Positions 40,233-53,434 of a DNA stretch of 64,000 nt are shown here, piece by piece; position 1 is the first letter of the stretch; each line of letters opens with the position of its first letter. The notes under the pieces are model-generated. The model saw nothing but the letters and a program-made list of their open reading frames with translations, had not been told where the DNA came from and ran no database searches. Made by a program: the position numbers and the translations under genes. This stretch comes from Octopus sinensis (Eukaryota): NCBI RefSeq assembly GCF_006345805.1, contig NW_021833447.1, positions 1 to 64,000 on the forward strand, written 5' to 3'.

Positions 40233-40895
40233 ATCAATATATATATACATGAAGATATATACATATATATGCACACATATATAAACATACAAAGACACAT
40301 ATATATACATATACACAGACATATATATACACACACAAACACATACAAATATATATGCATATATATACACATATATATTCATATATATGTATATGCACAT
40401 ATACATATACATATATATATATGTATTTACACATATTTTTGCATATATGTATATATACATATATATGTGGATAAATATGTATATACATATATATATGCAT
40501 ATATATGTATATTTACATATAAATATGGATAAATATGTATATATATATGCATATATATGTATATGTACATATACATATATGTGTATATGTACATATACAT
40601 ATATGTGTATATGTACATATATATATATGTATGCATATATATATACATATACATATGTACACACATATATACACACACATATATATATATATATATATGT
40701 ATATAAGTATATATACATATACGTATGAATATATATATATACATATACGTATATATACATATATGTACATATACGTATATATACATATATGTACATATAC
40801 ATAGATGTATATATATATACATATATATACAGATACGTATATGTATGTATATACACATATATGAATACATATATATATATACATACATATATGTA

Positions 40896-40926
<31 letters not shown>

Positions 40927-41211
40927 GCATATATATATATAAATACACATATATATTTATATACATACACACCATATATTTATATATATATAAATACACA
41001 TACATATATATAAATATAAATACACATATATATTTATATACATACACACATACATATATATATATATAAATACACATATATATTTATATACATACACACA
41101 TACACATATATATATATATATATAAATACACATATATATTTATATACATACACACATACATATATATATATATATAAATACACATATATATTTATATACA
41201 TACACACATAC

Positions 41212-41242
<31 letters not shown>

Positions 41243-41430
41243 TACATACATATGCGTATGTACATAAGTATATGCGCATATGTATATGTACATACATATC
41301 TATAAATACATGTGTATATATACACATACATATATATACACGCACATATATATATATATACACACACACACATATATATGTACATACATATTTATATATA
41401 TATACACACATACATATATACACACAGTTT
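40083..41430. repeat. Compound (TA)n/(CATA)n/(CA)n microsatellite field
   Basis: Directly visible low-complexity sequence, source of many spurious YI/HT/VC ORFs. Confidence 0.97.
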
Positions 41431-41681
41431 GATATAAGAGAACATGCATCTTTAAGTAGGGATAAATATTATATCTCGGTATCAATACTGCCTGTATTGC
41501 TAACACACAAACACTCTCTCTCTCTTTCTCACACACATACACACACACTCACACACAAACACATACATGGTTAGAAAAACTCAAAAACATCTCATGGTCA
41601 CTCAACTATATATATATAATATATCTATATATATGATATATATATAATCTATCTATATATATACCAACATACTATATATAC

Positions 41682-41713
<32 letters not shown>

Positions 41714-42249
41714 GTGTATTATATATAATATATACATTTCACGGTTCACTGAAAGGATGACACGCTAACAGGGATAAGTTGACGTCACGCGGCCAGGTAT
41801 GTGTACATATGTGTAAATTTACCTATGTGTACGTGCACGCTTGTTTATCCATCCACCCTATCTATCATATATATATATATATATATATAATATATATAAT
41901 ATATAGATATATATATATATTTAATATATGAAGATATACAGAATATTATATATATTATATATACGATATATATAATATATATATCGTCTTCGATACCAAT
42001 ACATAGAAATATAAATCCACAAACGAAAGTAAATGGTAAAGCAGAATCAATTAACTTTAATGCTGACAGTGTTTCTGAAGTCTCCATCTGCCAGTTCTTC
42101 TCCGGTTGTCCGATGAAAGATACGACGCTGTAACTTCAAAGTCACAATTAGCCACTTCTTTTAAAGTAAAATAACAATGGAATCTACTTATTAAGTGTTG
42201 GATAAGTTTTTCTGTTTAAAGTCAATTTGTTTCTATCAAAACTCGATAT

Positions 42250-42455
42250 GAAGTACAGCTGGTAGAAAGGTTAGCACCCCGGGTAAAATGCATATTGGCA
42301 TTTCGTCCTTGTTCACGTTCTGAGTTCAAATTACGCCGAGGACGACTTTGCTTTTTTACTTCTTTCGAACTCGATACCAATTGAATACTAGAGTCGATGT
42401 AATCGTCTCCCCCCCACCTCGAAATCGCTGGATTTGTACCAAAATTGGTGACCAA
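42250..42455 (+). mobile_element. SINE family B, degraded
   Basis: agctggtagaaaggttagcaccccggg..cgttctgagttcaaattacgccgagg..aaatcgctgg. Confidence 0.8.
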
Positions 42456-42667
42456 TATATATAGACACAGTATAAATATATGTGTGTGTTGTGTAGGTAT
42501 AGACATACACACTGTTATATCAAATATTAGATAATGCGAGGGAATATTAACTGAACATTAATCAACTCTTAAATAATACTACTAGTAATATGTACGCATA
42601 CATATACACAAATATGCACATTTAAATATCTATCTATCTATACATACACACACACATACACGTGTAT

Positions 42668-42707
<40 letters not shown>

Positions 42708-43286
42708 TATATATATACACACACACACATATATTCATATGTACATATGTAGCTCTGTAAATGTGTCCATGGTCATGTGGTTAAGAAGTTGATATATGTA
42801 TATGCATAGATGGTGTACAGCTCCTCCTGGAGGCATTAACACGACTAAGGTTTGGGTGAAGCGTTAACGCAGTTCCTGTCGCACGTACGCTCGCTCACAC
42901 ACACAGTTCATTATTTGATGTGACTTGCAATTAATTGGCAGTTTCCCTCCCACTCAGCCCTCTCTCAATCTCCGTCTCTTCCTCTCCTTTTGTAGCTATA
43001 CGTATGTACCATCATCATTATATCTTCTCAATGTCCACGTTTGCATGCATGGGTCGGATGGAATTCGCTGCGCCAGATATTCAACATCCGGATTCACTGC
43101 CTGTCGCCATCTCCCACTCGATTCCATGCCAGGTAATATTTCCCCACTGCCGGACATGCCTTCACGGAAGATTGGCACGAGCTGTTGTGTAGCCATGACC
43201 CCAGTCCATGTTGTTGGCACGCTAAGTCCTTAGCAACGACATGATGATACCTGCCTATCTGTCTGTCTGTCTCACTCACCCACTCA

Positions 43287-43326
<40 letters not shown>

Positions 43327-43929
43327 AAATGAAGACGAACTCGATGTTCTATGTGATATTTGTTGCAGGGCATCCCGTAACATGAAATCAATGGTCGCCT
43401 TAATCTATAAATAAAGAATTTTTATCCAGCGATGCACTCATTTTCATTGTTCGATATTAATGTGTGTGTGTACATACTCACACATACCCACCCACACACC
43501 CACACACACATGCATGCTTATTCGCCAGCACACACATAACTTAGAAACTTTTATACTTATAACATCGTTGAGTATATATCTGTATATATGTGCTTTAAAA
43601 CAGAAGAACTTAAGGCACTTGACTGAAACATATATGTGAGAGAATACACATGCATGTGTGTCAGAGTATCTTTCTATGTCAAGATGTACTTCAGAACCTT
43701 TAATTAGTTTCATAAGTACATTATCGAGTTGATTGAATGTACTCTTCTAATACACACATACACATTTTCAGAGACAAACATGCGAAAACACACACAAACG
43801 TGTATATACATAAGCACACATACACACACAAACACGTGTTTGTGACTTTGCAACAGAGATTACCATCTTTCCACATGTTCGGTCCACTGCCAGTCGAATG
43901 TCACAGCATGGTCTTTCCACCAACCACGG

Positions 43930-43970
<41 letters not shown>

Positions 43971-44126
43971 AAGTTCGATGATGACATAGCTGGCTGAAAC
44001 TTCGAAGTCAATGTCAATAACATTCTGTTTTAAAATGAATAACTTTCCACTCAACAAAAGTATAGAGTAACCGATCAGAGTAATGTAAAATTGTTTTATT
44101 ATAACTGAACATAAAAATGAACGCAT

Positions 44127-44508
44127 GGGAGTAGATGTGTGGTAAGTAGCTTGCTTATCAACCACATGGTTCCGGGTTCAGTCCAACTGCGTGGCAGCTT
44201 GGGCAAGTGTCTTCTACTAGAGAGTGAGTGGATTTGGTAGACGGAAACTGAAAGAAGCCTGTTGTACACACACACACACACACACACCACACACACATAT
44301 GTATGTATGTATATGTTTGTGTGTCTCAGTTTGACAACACATGTTGGTGTGTTTACGTCACCGTAGCATTAGCGGTTTGGCAAAACAGACCGATAGAATA
44401 AGTGCTAGGCTTACAAATAATAAGTCCTGAGATGGATTTGCTCGACTAAAGGCGGTACCCCAGCATGGCCTTAGTCAAATGACTGAAACAAATAAAAGAA
44501 CAAAAGTA
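44127..44508 (+). mobile_element. SINE family A, near full length
   Basis: gatgtgtggtaagtagcttgctt..ggttccgggttcagtcc..(CA)n..gaccgatagaataagt..gtcaaatgactgaaacaaataaaaga. Confidence 0.9.
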
Positions 44509-45097
44509 TATATATATACACATATATCTTTGCGTGACAGTAAATACACATTATTATTAATGGGAAATATGTGTCTAATTATAATTATATGTGATTTCAA
44601 GTATATATATATTTATGTTTGTAAAGTCAAAATGGCGACTGTATCAACCGAAGCTCTCTTACGTTCCACGTAAGCGAACATATTAAATACGTATCCATTT
44701 ACACTTAGAAAAAAAAAAGGAAAAAGCCGTGCAAATTATCAATTATTAATTAAGAAACCCGCGTGAAATGCCCAAAATTTCACGCCTCGGCATCACATGA
44801 CCACGTTAACGTGAGGAATGACGAGCTGGCACATCACCACTAGCGTCTAGCAGACAAACAAATGCGTAAATCGAGCGCTGATATTGAATTTGATATAAGG
44901 ATTGCAAAGGCAATAAAGGCTTTGACAATGGACGCTGTTAACTATATATATATATATGTTCTATATGAGATGACAGCTTTTGGCTCGCAAAGACAATCTG
45001 TTTTTACTTTCTTGACTTCTCAGTCACATTGCCTGGCAAATACTTAAGGATCACGACACAGCATTTGCTACAAAATAATAATGATAATAATAATAAT

Positions 45098-45221
45098 ATC
45101 CTACGCAAAACACTTTCAATACAGTAACCATCAGAGCACCACAACAAATCACAACACATACCCAAGGCACACAGAGCCGCGCTCGGTAGTGAAGTGAAAG
45201 CACGCTATAAAAATAAAACTA

Positions 45222-45276
<55 letters not shown>
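45098..45276 (+). mobile_element. 5'-truncated R4/Dong-type non-LTR retrotransposon 3' end in a (TAA)n tract
   Basis: Begins with ORF end ILRKTLSIQ* (like the GTAHILRKxL C-terminus of R4/Dong RLE-type elements), then a short 3'UTR and an (AAT)n tail. (AAT)n also lies immediately upstream. Confidence 0.6.
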
Positions 45277-45879
45277 GCAACAACAACAACAACAACTTAA
45301 GGAATATCTCCCCATCTTTCATGTCTTTAATGTCTATTCTTATTTAATTCTTTTTTTAAATAAAGGATCGTAATTGAGTGACGAAAATGGGTGACGACAG
45401 GAAAAGTTTGAGAAAATCCTCGACTTTGTTGAAGATTAAGTATCCCTGGAAACCTGAGAGTGATGTCTCTTCTGACATCTTTGATCACGAGTGGATCATC
45501 ACCACCACTACCAACGTAAACAAACCAACACTGATTGTGAAGCGGTGATCGGGTTGGGTTGGAGATGGGGAAACCACAAAACTTAAATCAGTGCTTAGAA
45601 TATACAAAAATGCGGGATGACAATATCTTCAATATCTTTGATTATAGGCGTTGACTGGAACAAAAGGGACCTGGGGCTAGGAATCCATCTATTGGCTTCA
45701 GATTTTTGGCACAGGGCCAGTAATTTCGAGGAAGGGGCTAAATCAGTTAAATCTATCCCTGTGCTCAACAGGTACCGATCCCGAAAGAATGAAAAGTCGA
45801 CCTCGAAAGAAATATACTGATAAACGTTAGATACAGGTAGACACATTCACAATTAGTCACAAATACAACACACACACAC

Positions 45880-46173
45880 CATTCGTTTCAGTTATTCGAC
45901 TTCAAAGCTTTGGACATAGATCGACCGTAGTACCTACTTTGTTTTTTAAAAACTGGTACTTCATCTATCACCCACCTATACAGAAACTCTAAGTTAAAGA
46001 GGCGTAAATAAACTAACACCGGTTGTCACACACACATACACGCACACAAGACGGGATTTCTTCATACAGTTTTCATCTACCAAATTCACTCGGGCCAAGG
46101 CTTACACCTTGTTATTGAACTTGGAATCATGTGGTTGCACAGCGACCTTCTTCAGCACACTACCAAGCCTGAG

Positions 46174-46175
<2 letters not shown>
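45880..46175 (-). mobile_element. SINE family A, degraded
   Basis: Reverse-complement tail cgtttcagtta, accggttgtca, ctaccaaattcactc, atcatgtggttg. Confidence 0.65.
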
Positions 46176-46226
<51 letters not shown>

Positions 46227-46828
46227 GCGTGTGTGTATACATTCATACACACATATACACATACATATAAGCGCAGGCATATACGTATAAGCTGCGTGTG
46301 TATTTGCGTTTGCAGATAGATTGATAGATAACTTAATACATAATTGAATAAAATATTTAAGTCTTCTTTTAATCAATTGGCTCATTAAGGAAATAAACAA
46401 TAAACATCGTGCAAGTTGCCACATTCTTGTTAATTGATAGATTAATTCAATTAGAATACTACTTATTGCCACAAACTCTGCCACGTTGCCAAGGTAACTG
46501 ATTTCGGAAACAACTACAACAACATCTGTCATCTAGTTCTGCTTATCTTTTACGCACGAGATTTTAGTATTGGAAAAGAAAAAGAAAGAAAAAGAACGAA
46601 AAAGTTCTCGCCAAACACGCAAAGCATGGCAGATACAAACAAAGAGAAGCAATGGGATGTGGTGGCAGTAATGACATTACGCATCACGCATGCGCTCAAA
46701 ATAAGACCTTCGCAAATACGACAGAAGCGGGTATTTTTCCTGGAAAGATTAGCAAAGTGCTCTAGAGCTATTTCATATGTGTAAGTGCTCTATTGAGTGA
46801 GTGTATAATTATCATATATATATATTCA

Positions 46829-47182
46829 CTTATTTGTTTCAGTCATTTGACTGGGGCCATGCTGGAGCATTGCCTTTTGTCGAAGAAATCGATACCAGGA
46901 CTTATTCTTTGTAAGCCCAGTACTTATTCTATCGGTCTCTTTTGCCGAACCGCTAAGTTACGGAGACGTAAACACACCAACATCGGTTGTCAAGCGACGG
47001 TGTGTGTGTGTGTGTGTTTGAGAGGATAAACACAGACACACAAACACACACACATATATATTCGACGGGCTTCTTTCCGTTTCTGTCTACCAAATCCACT
47101 CACAGGGCTTTCGGCCCGAGGCTTACAGTAGAAGACACTTGCCCAAGGTGCCACGAAGCTACTTACCACACATCCACTCCTG
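46829..47182 (-). mobile_element. SINE family A, near full length (small deletion in head)
   Basis: ttgtttcagtcatttgac..cttattctatcggtctcttttgccgaaccgctaagttacg..agaagacacttgcccaaggtgccacg. Confidence 0.9.
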
Positions 47183-47226
47183 TGCCTATTTCTGAAATAC
47201 ACACACACACACACACACTATATATA

Positions 47227-47257
<31 letters not shown>

Positions 47258-47261
<4 letters not shown>

Positions 47262-47390
47262 ACGGGATTCTTTCAGTTTCCGTCTACCAAATCTACTTAC
47301 AAGGCTTTTGGTCGGCCTGGGGCTATAGCAGAAGACACTCGCCGAACCATGTGGTTGGGAAGCAAGCTTCTTTCCATACAGCCACACCTG
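47258..47390 (-). mobile_element. SINE family A, 5' half
   Basis: ctttcagtttccgtctaccaaatc..agaagacact..gaaccatgtggttgggaagcaagct..acagccac. Confidence 0.85.
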
Positions 47391-48999
47391 TATGTATGTA
47401 TATGTATGTATATATATACACATATATACACATACACACAGTCACTGTATAATATATAAATACGGGGGAGAGAAAGGCGGAAGTGAGAGTGAGAGGGGGA
47501 AAAAAGGGAAACATTGATACGATACTGAGAAATAGTGTATGTGTGTGTGTGTGTGTGCGTGTGTATGTGTGTGTGTGTGTGCGTGTGTATGTGTGTGTGT
47601 CAGCACGGAGAATAATTCCGTTATTTTTTGATGATTGTTTCAGATAATTCTATTTTTAAAAAGTAGTAAATTCTTTTTTTCTTTTTGAAAATAATCATCA
47701 GTTTTATTGTAAGAAGCCCTGAGAATAAATGTAGAAGTAGTTAGTTAGTAGTAGTCATTAAAATAAATTATAAATCGAAAAACGGAGAAATATGATGATT
47801 AATGATTAAGAAGCCGTGTCAATGGTGAAAAGGAGTCGATCACCCTTCCCCCTCGACAATCCCAAACCCCGTCTCCCTAAATGCTATGAATACCTAATTG
47901 TGTGTCGAGGTATGTGTCCGTCTGCCCATCCTTCTAAATATATATACACTTCTTTATTCATTGAGAATAAACAATTTGCTTAGTAGCAACGACCCATAGC
48001 AGCCAAAACAACTGGGGAGGGGGCGGGGAGGGGGGATGGAAGGCACACAAAGTTTTTTTGTCAGGCTTCACTGACCACTGAGTGACCATCGGGACATTTA
48101 GTAAATGAAGGAGCCGAACTGTGTTTTTTTCTGTTTGTTTGTGATAGTTGTTGGAGACGGGGAAGGAAAGCATAAATGACGTAGCAGTTATTAGCATTAG
48201 TCCGTCCGTCGTCGTCGACGATGACCAAGGGCGTTATATAGAGGAGAAAACGGGACACAGTGTGGTCTGTCTGGGCTGTGGCTAATCAGTTTGATGTACG
48301 AGTATGAAAAGTAACCATACACACATACAAAGTCATGATTGTCTTTCAGGGATCGATAAAATAAGTATCACTCAAGTACTAAGACCAATAGTAGTGACAA
48401 ACCCCTGACCTCCCAAATTGCTGGCCTTGTGTGTGTGTTGTGTGTGTGTGTATACACAGTACATACATACCTACTTGCATACAAGGATGAATAAACGAAG
48501 AGTTGTTAAGGGCTGGGTATGATGGGGAAGGAGACGAAGAACAAATGAATAAGAGGGAGAAAGCAAAATGAAAAAGCAAAGGATGGGCCAATCTCATGAG
48601 TGTTAAGTGTGACCTTTTGACATTTCAGCCTGGCCAACATTGTGCTGCTAAAGAATAGCACTGTAGCATATAGAAGAACTACTGTCAAAACACCCGGATC
48701 AACAACATCTACTCACCCGTAGAAATTACTACCCCGTTTGTTTTGTATATATATATTTTTTTTTTGTTATCTATTTTGAGGTTACTATTTTGTCTTTTGA
48801 AAAACTTGTTATTGAGTTTTAGATTTTGTTTTTAAATATTGAAAGGTACAGTACTCCACGTGGGGACGGTTAATGATGGATTTGGTGACACGCGAGGGCA
48901 ACGTTGAATTTGTTCTGTGGCTAATATTTTAGGGGTAAGTTGAACCATGTTGAATTTTATTCACATGAAAAAGAATTATTTACCCTTTATAAATTACTT

Positions 49000-49260
49000 G
49001 TCTTAGTCATTAGACTACAGCCATGCTGGAACACCACCTTGAAGAATTTTAGTTAAACTTATCGACCCTAGTGCCTAGCCTGGTACTTATTCTATCGATT
49101 TCTTTTGACGAACCGGTAAGTTATGGGAACATAAACATACCATCACCAGTTGCCAAGCATTGGTGAGGAACATACACACACACAAGTCAACCAAAATCCA
49201 TTCACAAAGCTTCAGTCTTGCCCATGGTGTCACGCAGTGGGACTGAACCCGGAACCCTAC
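49000..49260 (-). mobile_element. SINE family A, internally deleted
   Basis: cagccatgctggaacaccacc..tacttattctatcg..cacgcagtgggactgaacccggaacc. Confidence 0.8.
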
Positions 49261-49339
49261 ATATGAATTTTTATTAATTATATTTTACATTTCAATGAAT
49301 TCCTAAATCTGAGTGCATTTTTCAATATGTAACACACAA

Positions 49340-49710
49340 TCATGGCTGTTGTAATTAAGATGTCCGATTCATAACCACGCGGTTTCGGATTCAACTCAAC
49401 GCAGGGGTCCTCGGACAAGTGTCTTCTACTATCCCCCCACAGCTCACCAATGTCTTGTGAGCGAATTTGGTAAAAGGAAATGGTGCGCAAAATCGTCGTA
49501 TATGTACGTGGACATTCGTGTTTCGTATCTCATTGCTTGACAACCGGTATCAGTTTGTTTATTTCCTTAAAACTTAACAGTTTCGTAAAAGGAAATCGAT
49601 AGAACGAATACCAGACTTTATACAACTAATAATGTGGTTGATTTCCTCAACTGGACTCTTCAGGGCAGAGTTGTAACTCGGTCGCAATCCAATGACAGAA
49701 ACAAATAAAA
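49340..49710 (+). mobile_element. SINE family A, degraded full length
   Basis: atggctgttgtaattaag..ggacaagtgtcttctacta..gcttgacaaccgg..cgatagaac..aatgacagaaacaaataaaa. Confidence 0.7.
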
Positions 49711-49910
49711 TAATAAAATAATGCAGTTTGCCCCGTCAGATCTAAAGTTTAAGGTTCTTTTTTTTTTAAATCCCGTATTCCAAAGGTGTACATGAGAGCC
49801 CAGTAACCTTTATATGAGACTGAAATATTTCAAATGTAGAAGCAAACGACACCAATAAGATGCATCGAAAAGAAGAACAATTCGTACAATTCACATCCCA
49901 AGATAATCGA

Positions 49911-50320
49911 TATTTTGTTAATCTTGGATAACACTATAGAAACAGTTAAATATATTAGTTAGCTTAGGATAGTCTACAACAGTTGGTTATAGCATATCGT
50001 TAATTAAACTAGGGTGATATTATGTAACAAACATGTTATTAGGTATCTCAAGATAGAAATTATAGAACAGTCAGAACTGTTAGTTAACCTGGGACAACAA
50101 TATAGAGCAGATAAACGCGTCATTGGTTTACAGTAACATAGTAAAATAAATTTTACTGTTATTAGTTAATCCGCGATAAAACGATAGAGGATATTACTTA
50201 CACTTGGAGAATAAGTGTACATTTAGACGAGTCATTAGTTAACCCAGGATTAAAATTATGGAGCATTTTACACGGCATTAGTTAACCTAGGGTAACACTG
50301 TAGAGCATATTATAGACGAT
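49911..50320. repeat. Degenerate ~43-bp minisatellite (~9 units)
   Basis: Unit starts ~49911, 49953, 49998, 50037, 50078, 50121, 50160, 50233 and 50276. Consensus approx. CATTAGTTAACCTAGGATAACA.TATAGAGCATATT. Confidence 0.75.
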
Positions 50321-50371
50321 ATAAAATAGACATTAAATGACTATCTAGCAATTGCTTCTAATTCTTTAAGC

Positions 50372-50768
50372 TCTTTTACTTGTTTCAGTCATTTGACTAT
50401 GGCCATGCTGGAGCACCGCCTTTAGTCGAGCAAATCGACCCCCAGGACTTATTCTTTGTAAGCCTATTACTTATTCTATCGGTCTCTTTTGCCGAACTGC
50501 TAATGTTACGGGGACGTAAACACACAAGCATCGGTTGTTAAGCGATGTTGGGGGGACAAACACAGACACACAAACATATTCGCACACATACGTATATATA
50601 TACACATATATATACGACGGGCTTCTTTCAGTTTCCGTCTACCAAATCCACTCACAAGGCTTTGGTCGGCCTGAGGCTATAGTAGAAGACACTTGCCCAA
50701 GGTGCCACGCAGTGGGACTGAACCCAGAACCATGCAGTTCTTAAGCAAGCTACTTACCACACAGCCAC
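50372..50768 (-). mobile_element. SINE family A, full length, young
   Basis: Complete head-to-tail match to the family, with clear A/B-box-like head (agtgggactgaacccagaacc; cttaccacacagccac). Confidence 0.93.
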
Positions 50769-50804
50769 ACATATCTTTTACAGTTTCTTTCCGTTATCGA
50801 CCTA

Positions 50805-51016
50805 TAGTAATCTCCCGCCATTTCGCGGTTCACTATTTAAGATGACGTCGATTCCTCCGTGGTGTCGTTTTGCATTTATAATAAGATAAATATATACAAA
50901 TTATAATAAAATTAATAAAAAAAGATATACTGTATAGTACCGTTTCTACTTCACGGATTTTCACCTATCGCGGGGGTTTTTGGAACGTAACATCCGCGAT
51001 AGTGGAGAGATTACTG
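50805..51016. mobile_element. Tigger-like MITE
   Basis: Left ta|tagtaatctcccgccatttcgcgg and right ccgcgatagtggagagattactg|ta form imperfect ~24-bp TIRs with TA flanks. Confidence 0.7.
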
Positions 51017-53094
51017 TATTGGGAATCTCCAACTTTAAAACAATATATTTATATTCTTGGAAATCTTCCATTTATTTGGGATTCCTCAGTCAGTTTGGTG
51101 CTTGATGTGTTTATGGTTCAGTTACAGACACTCTAATTGCCACTCTCATATTAGAGAGTAAAAATTAATTCGCCTCCATTCAGTAAAATGCAGCTACACG
51201 AAATGAAAAGTCTCACGCAGTTACGTAAGATGGGGAAATGCCGAATCTTACTATAAATCGTCCAATGAAAGTCAATTACCTTCACTACAATATGGAAAGA
51301 CTCGTTCATTTAGAAAAACTCAAGAAGGAAATGTTTTGTTGTTGTTTAACAGAAGTTATGGCTGTCTGAAAAGAAGGAGTAGACGGATTATCGACTCTAA
51401 TATATGGCAGAGAAACTCATTTACTTTGTTGAACCCAGAAGTATGAAAATGTAGTGAACAGGAAAAAAAGCCACAATTTTAGTTACAAAACAATTTACAA
51501 AAAAAAAAAAAATGTCACATTTTTATTAAAAAAAAAAGGGAATTGTTAAATTAATTTTAAAATATTCTAAGTCACTTATTATTAACTGGCAGTACATGAC
51601 TTGTATACAATGACAAACACAATTTATATAACGGCATTACACGTTTGTGAGGGGGAAAATCACGTTTTATTCTATCAAAAAATCACGTTTTATTTAAAAT
51701 CTTAAATAAAACTTTGATATATAAGTTATTTAACTGCGTGTATTATAGCATTTTTTTTTCCTGTGAACATTTTTTTTATTTGATTCAAAAAGCAATGTCG
51801 ATTCTCTGAAGAAAGTAAATTGTTGAACGTTATTCTAGCATTACTCTAATGTCACAAGCGGAATAAAGAGAATAAAAATAACATTAAAAAAAAACCCCAT
51901 TGATTTTTAAGATAGGGACTCGGTTTCAAATTATACCAAGAGTGGATAATTAACTCGATCGAGAGGATGGACTTTGATCAGTTGAAAGTACACCACTATT
52001 TGGTCATTCCTTGCTGGATCTCTGAAAGATTTGCGCTAACCCAAAACTGCTTAGTCCCTTGTCTGGCCCTAGCGAAGCAATTGTGGCAATCCAGGAAATA
52101 TTAAGAATTCATATTTCAGGATGGAAGGGGAAGTGGGATTCTGAGTCCTTCATGCGTTTTATAAAAGCCAATTGGAAGATCTTTAAAAGTGAATTAGTTT
52201 TTCAAAATAGGACATCGATAACGGACAACAAGTAAAACATATACAACGAACACTTCGATGTTATTGATAAGAGGGACTCGAGGTTTAAGCCAAGGAGGAA
52301 TATTTAACGCACATATATACATATGTATACGTGTGTGTGTGTATTTATATATATATACATCAAATATTCATAATACATACATAACGTGTGTGTGTGTGTG
52401 TAGATACACACATATATCATATACACGCATCCGTAAATGGATAAATAGGTAGCAAGGAAGTGAAAGGAAGATGATGAGTGAGAAAAGAAGGAAAAAAAGG
52501 AAGAGAATTGAAGGGAAAGAGAAATAGAAATAGAGAGAGAGAGAGGGAGAGATTCAAGGTTCAGTAGTTAAGAAGTATTAATCTACAGTGTCATTTCTTC
52601 GGCTGTCACTTGCATACACACGCAGACACACACACACGCAGACACTCATCACTTCACCAACACCACCATTATAAACCACCACCGTTTCCACCACCACCAC
52701 AATCCGTCGCTCCCCGGCCGTTCCGTAGGCAACGACGATGACTTCCTCTTTAATTTAGACGTTCATTACACACCTAACAATCATCCTGACTCTTGTTATT
52801 GCTGTTCTTAATAACAGTTTCCAAGTATTTCAACTGTGAAGTCTTTGGCAGCCAATAGAAATTGTGTGCGCCTCTCCCTATGAGTGTGACTGTGTGTGTG
52901 TCTATATTATTACACACACACACACACACACACACATGCGAACACACGTTTTTTCTTCTTCTTTCTCCAATAACGATGTCTAAACGAGTACATGTACCGT
53001 GAAACTCCGAGTAAAGACGCAGCAAATCGTGAAATATGTAAAAAAAAAAAGTTACACCATTAAAGATTCTATTAGCTCTTGCCTGTAGCATCGA

Positions 53095-53365
53095 AACTAT
53101 CTATCTATCCATCTCTATCTATCTATCTATCCATCTATCTACCTATGTCTATCTATCTATCCATCTATCTACCTATGTCTATCTATCTATCCATCTATCT
53201 ACCTATGTCTATCTATCTATCTATCTACCTACCTACCTGTCTATCTATCTGTTTATCTATCTATCTACCTATCTATCTATCTATCCATCCATCTATCTAT
53301 CTGTTTATCTATCTATCCATCCATCCATCTATCTATCTGTTTATCTATCTATCTATCTATCTATC
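53095..53365. repeat. (CTAT)n tetranucleotide array with 30-bp higher-order repeat
   Basis: Three exact copies of CCATCTATCTACCTATGTCTATCTATCTAT at 53131, 53161 and 53191. Confidence 0.95.
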
Positions 53366-53434
53366 GATAGAGAAAATGAAAACAAGGTGTATACATACAT
53401 GAATACACCTCGCCCCATCCATTTATATACATTC

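Noticed and set aside
40167-40970. 267-aa ORF and the many YI/VC/HT-rich ORFs across the track
   Set aside because: They are translations of (TA)n/(CA)n/(TG)n microsatellites, which lack stop codons in several frames.
41772-41796. 25-nt micro-exon candidate (ctaacag|..ccag|gtatgt) containing TGACGTCA
   Set aside because: No polypyrimidine tract and no frame context; such signals arise by chance in 64 kb.
49911-50320. CRISPR-like repeat/spacer appearance
   Set aside because: Spacers are homologous to each other, repeats are highly diverged, there are no cas genes, and the context is eukaryotic.
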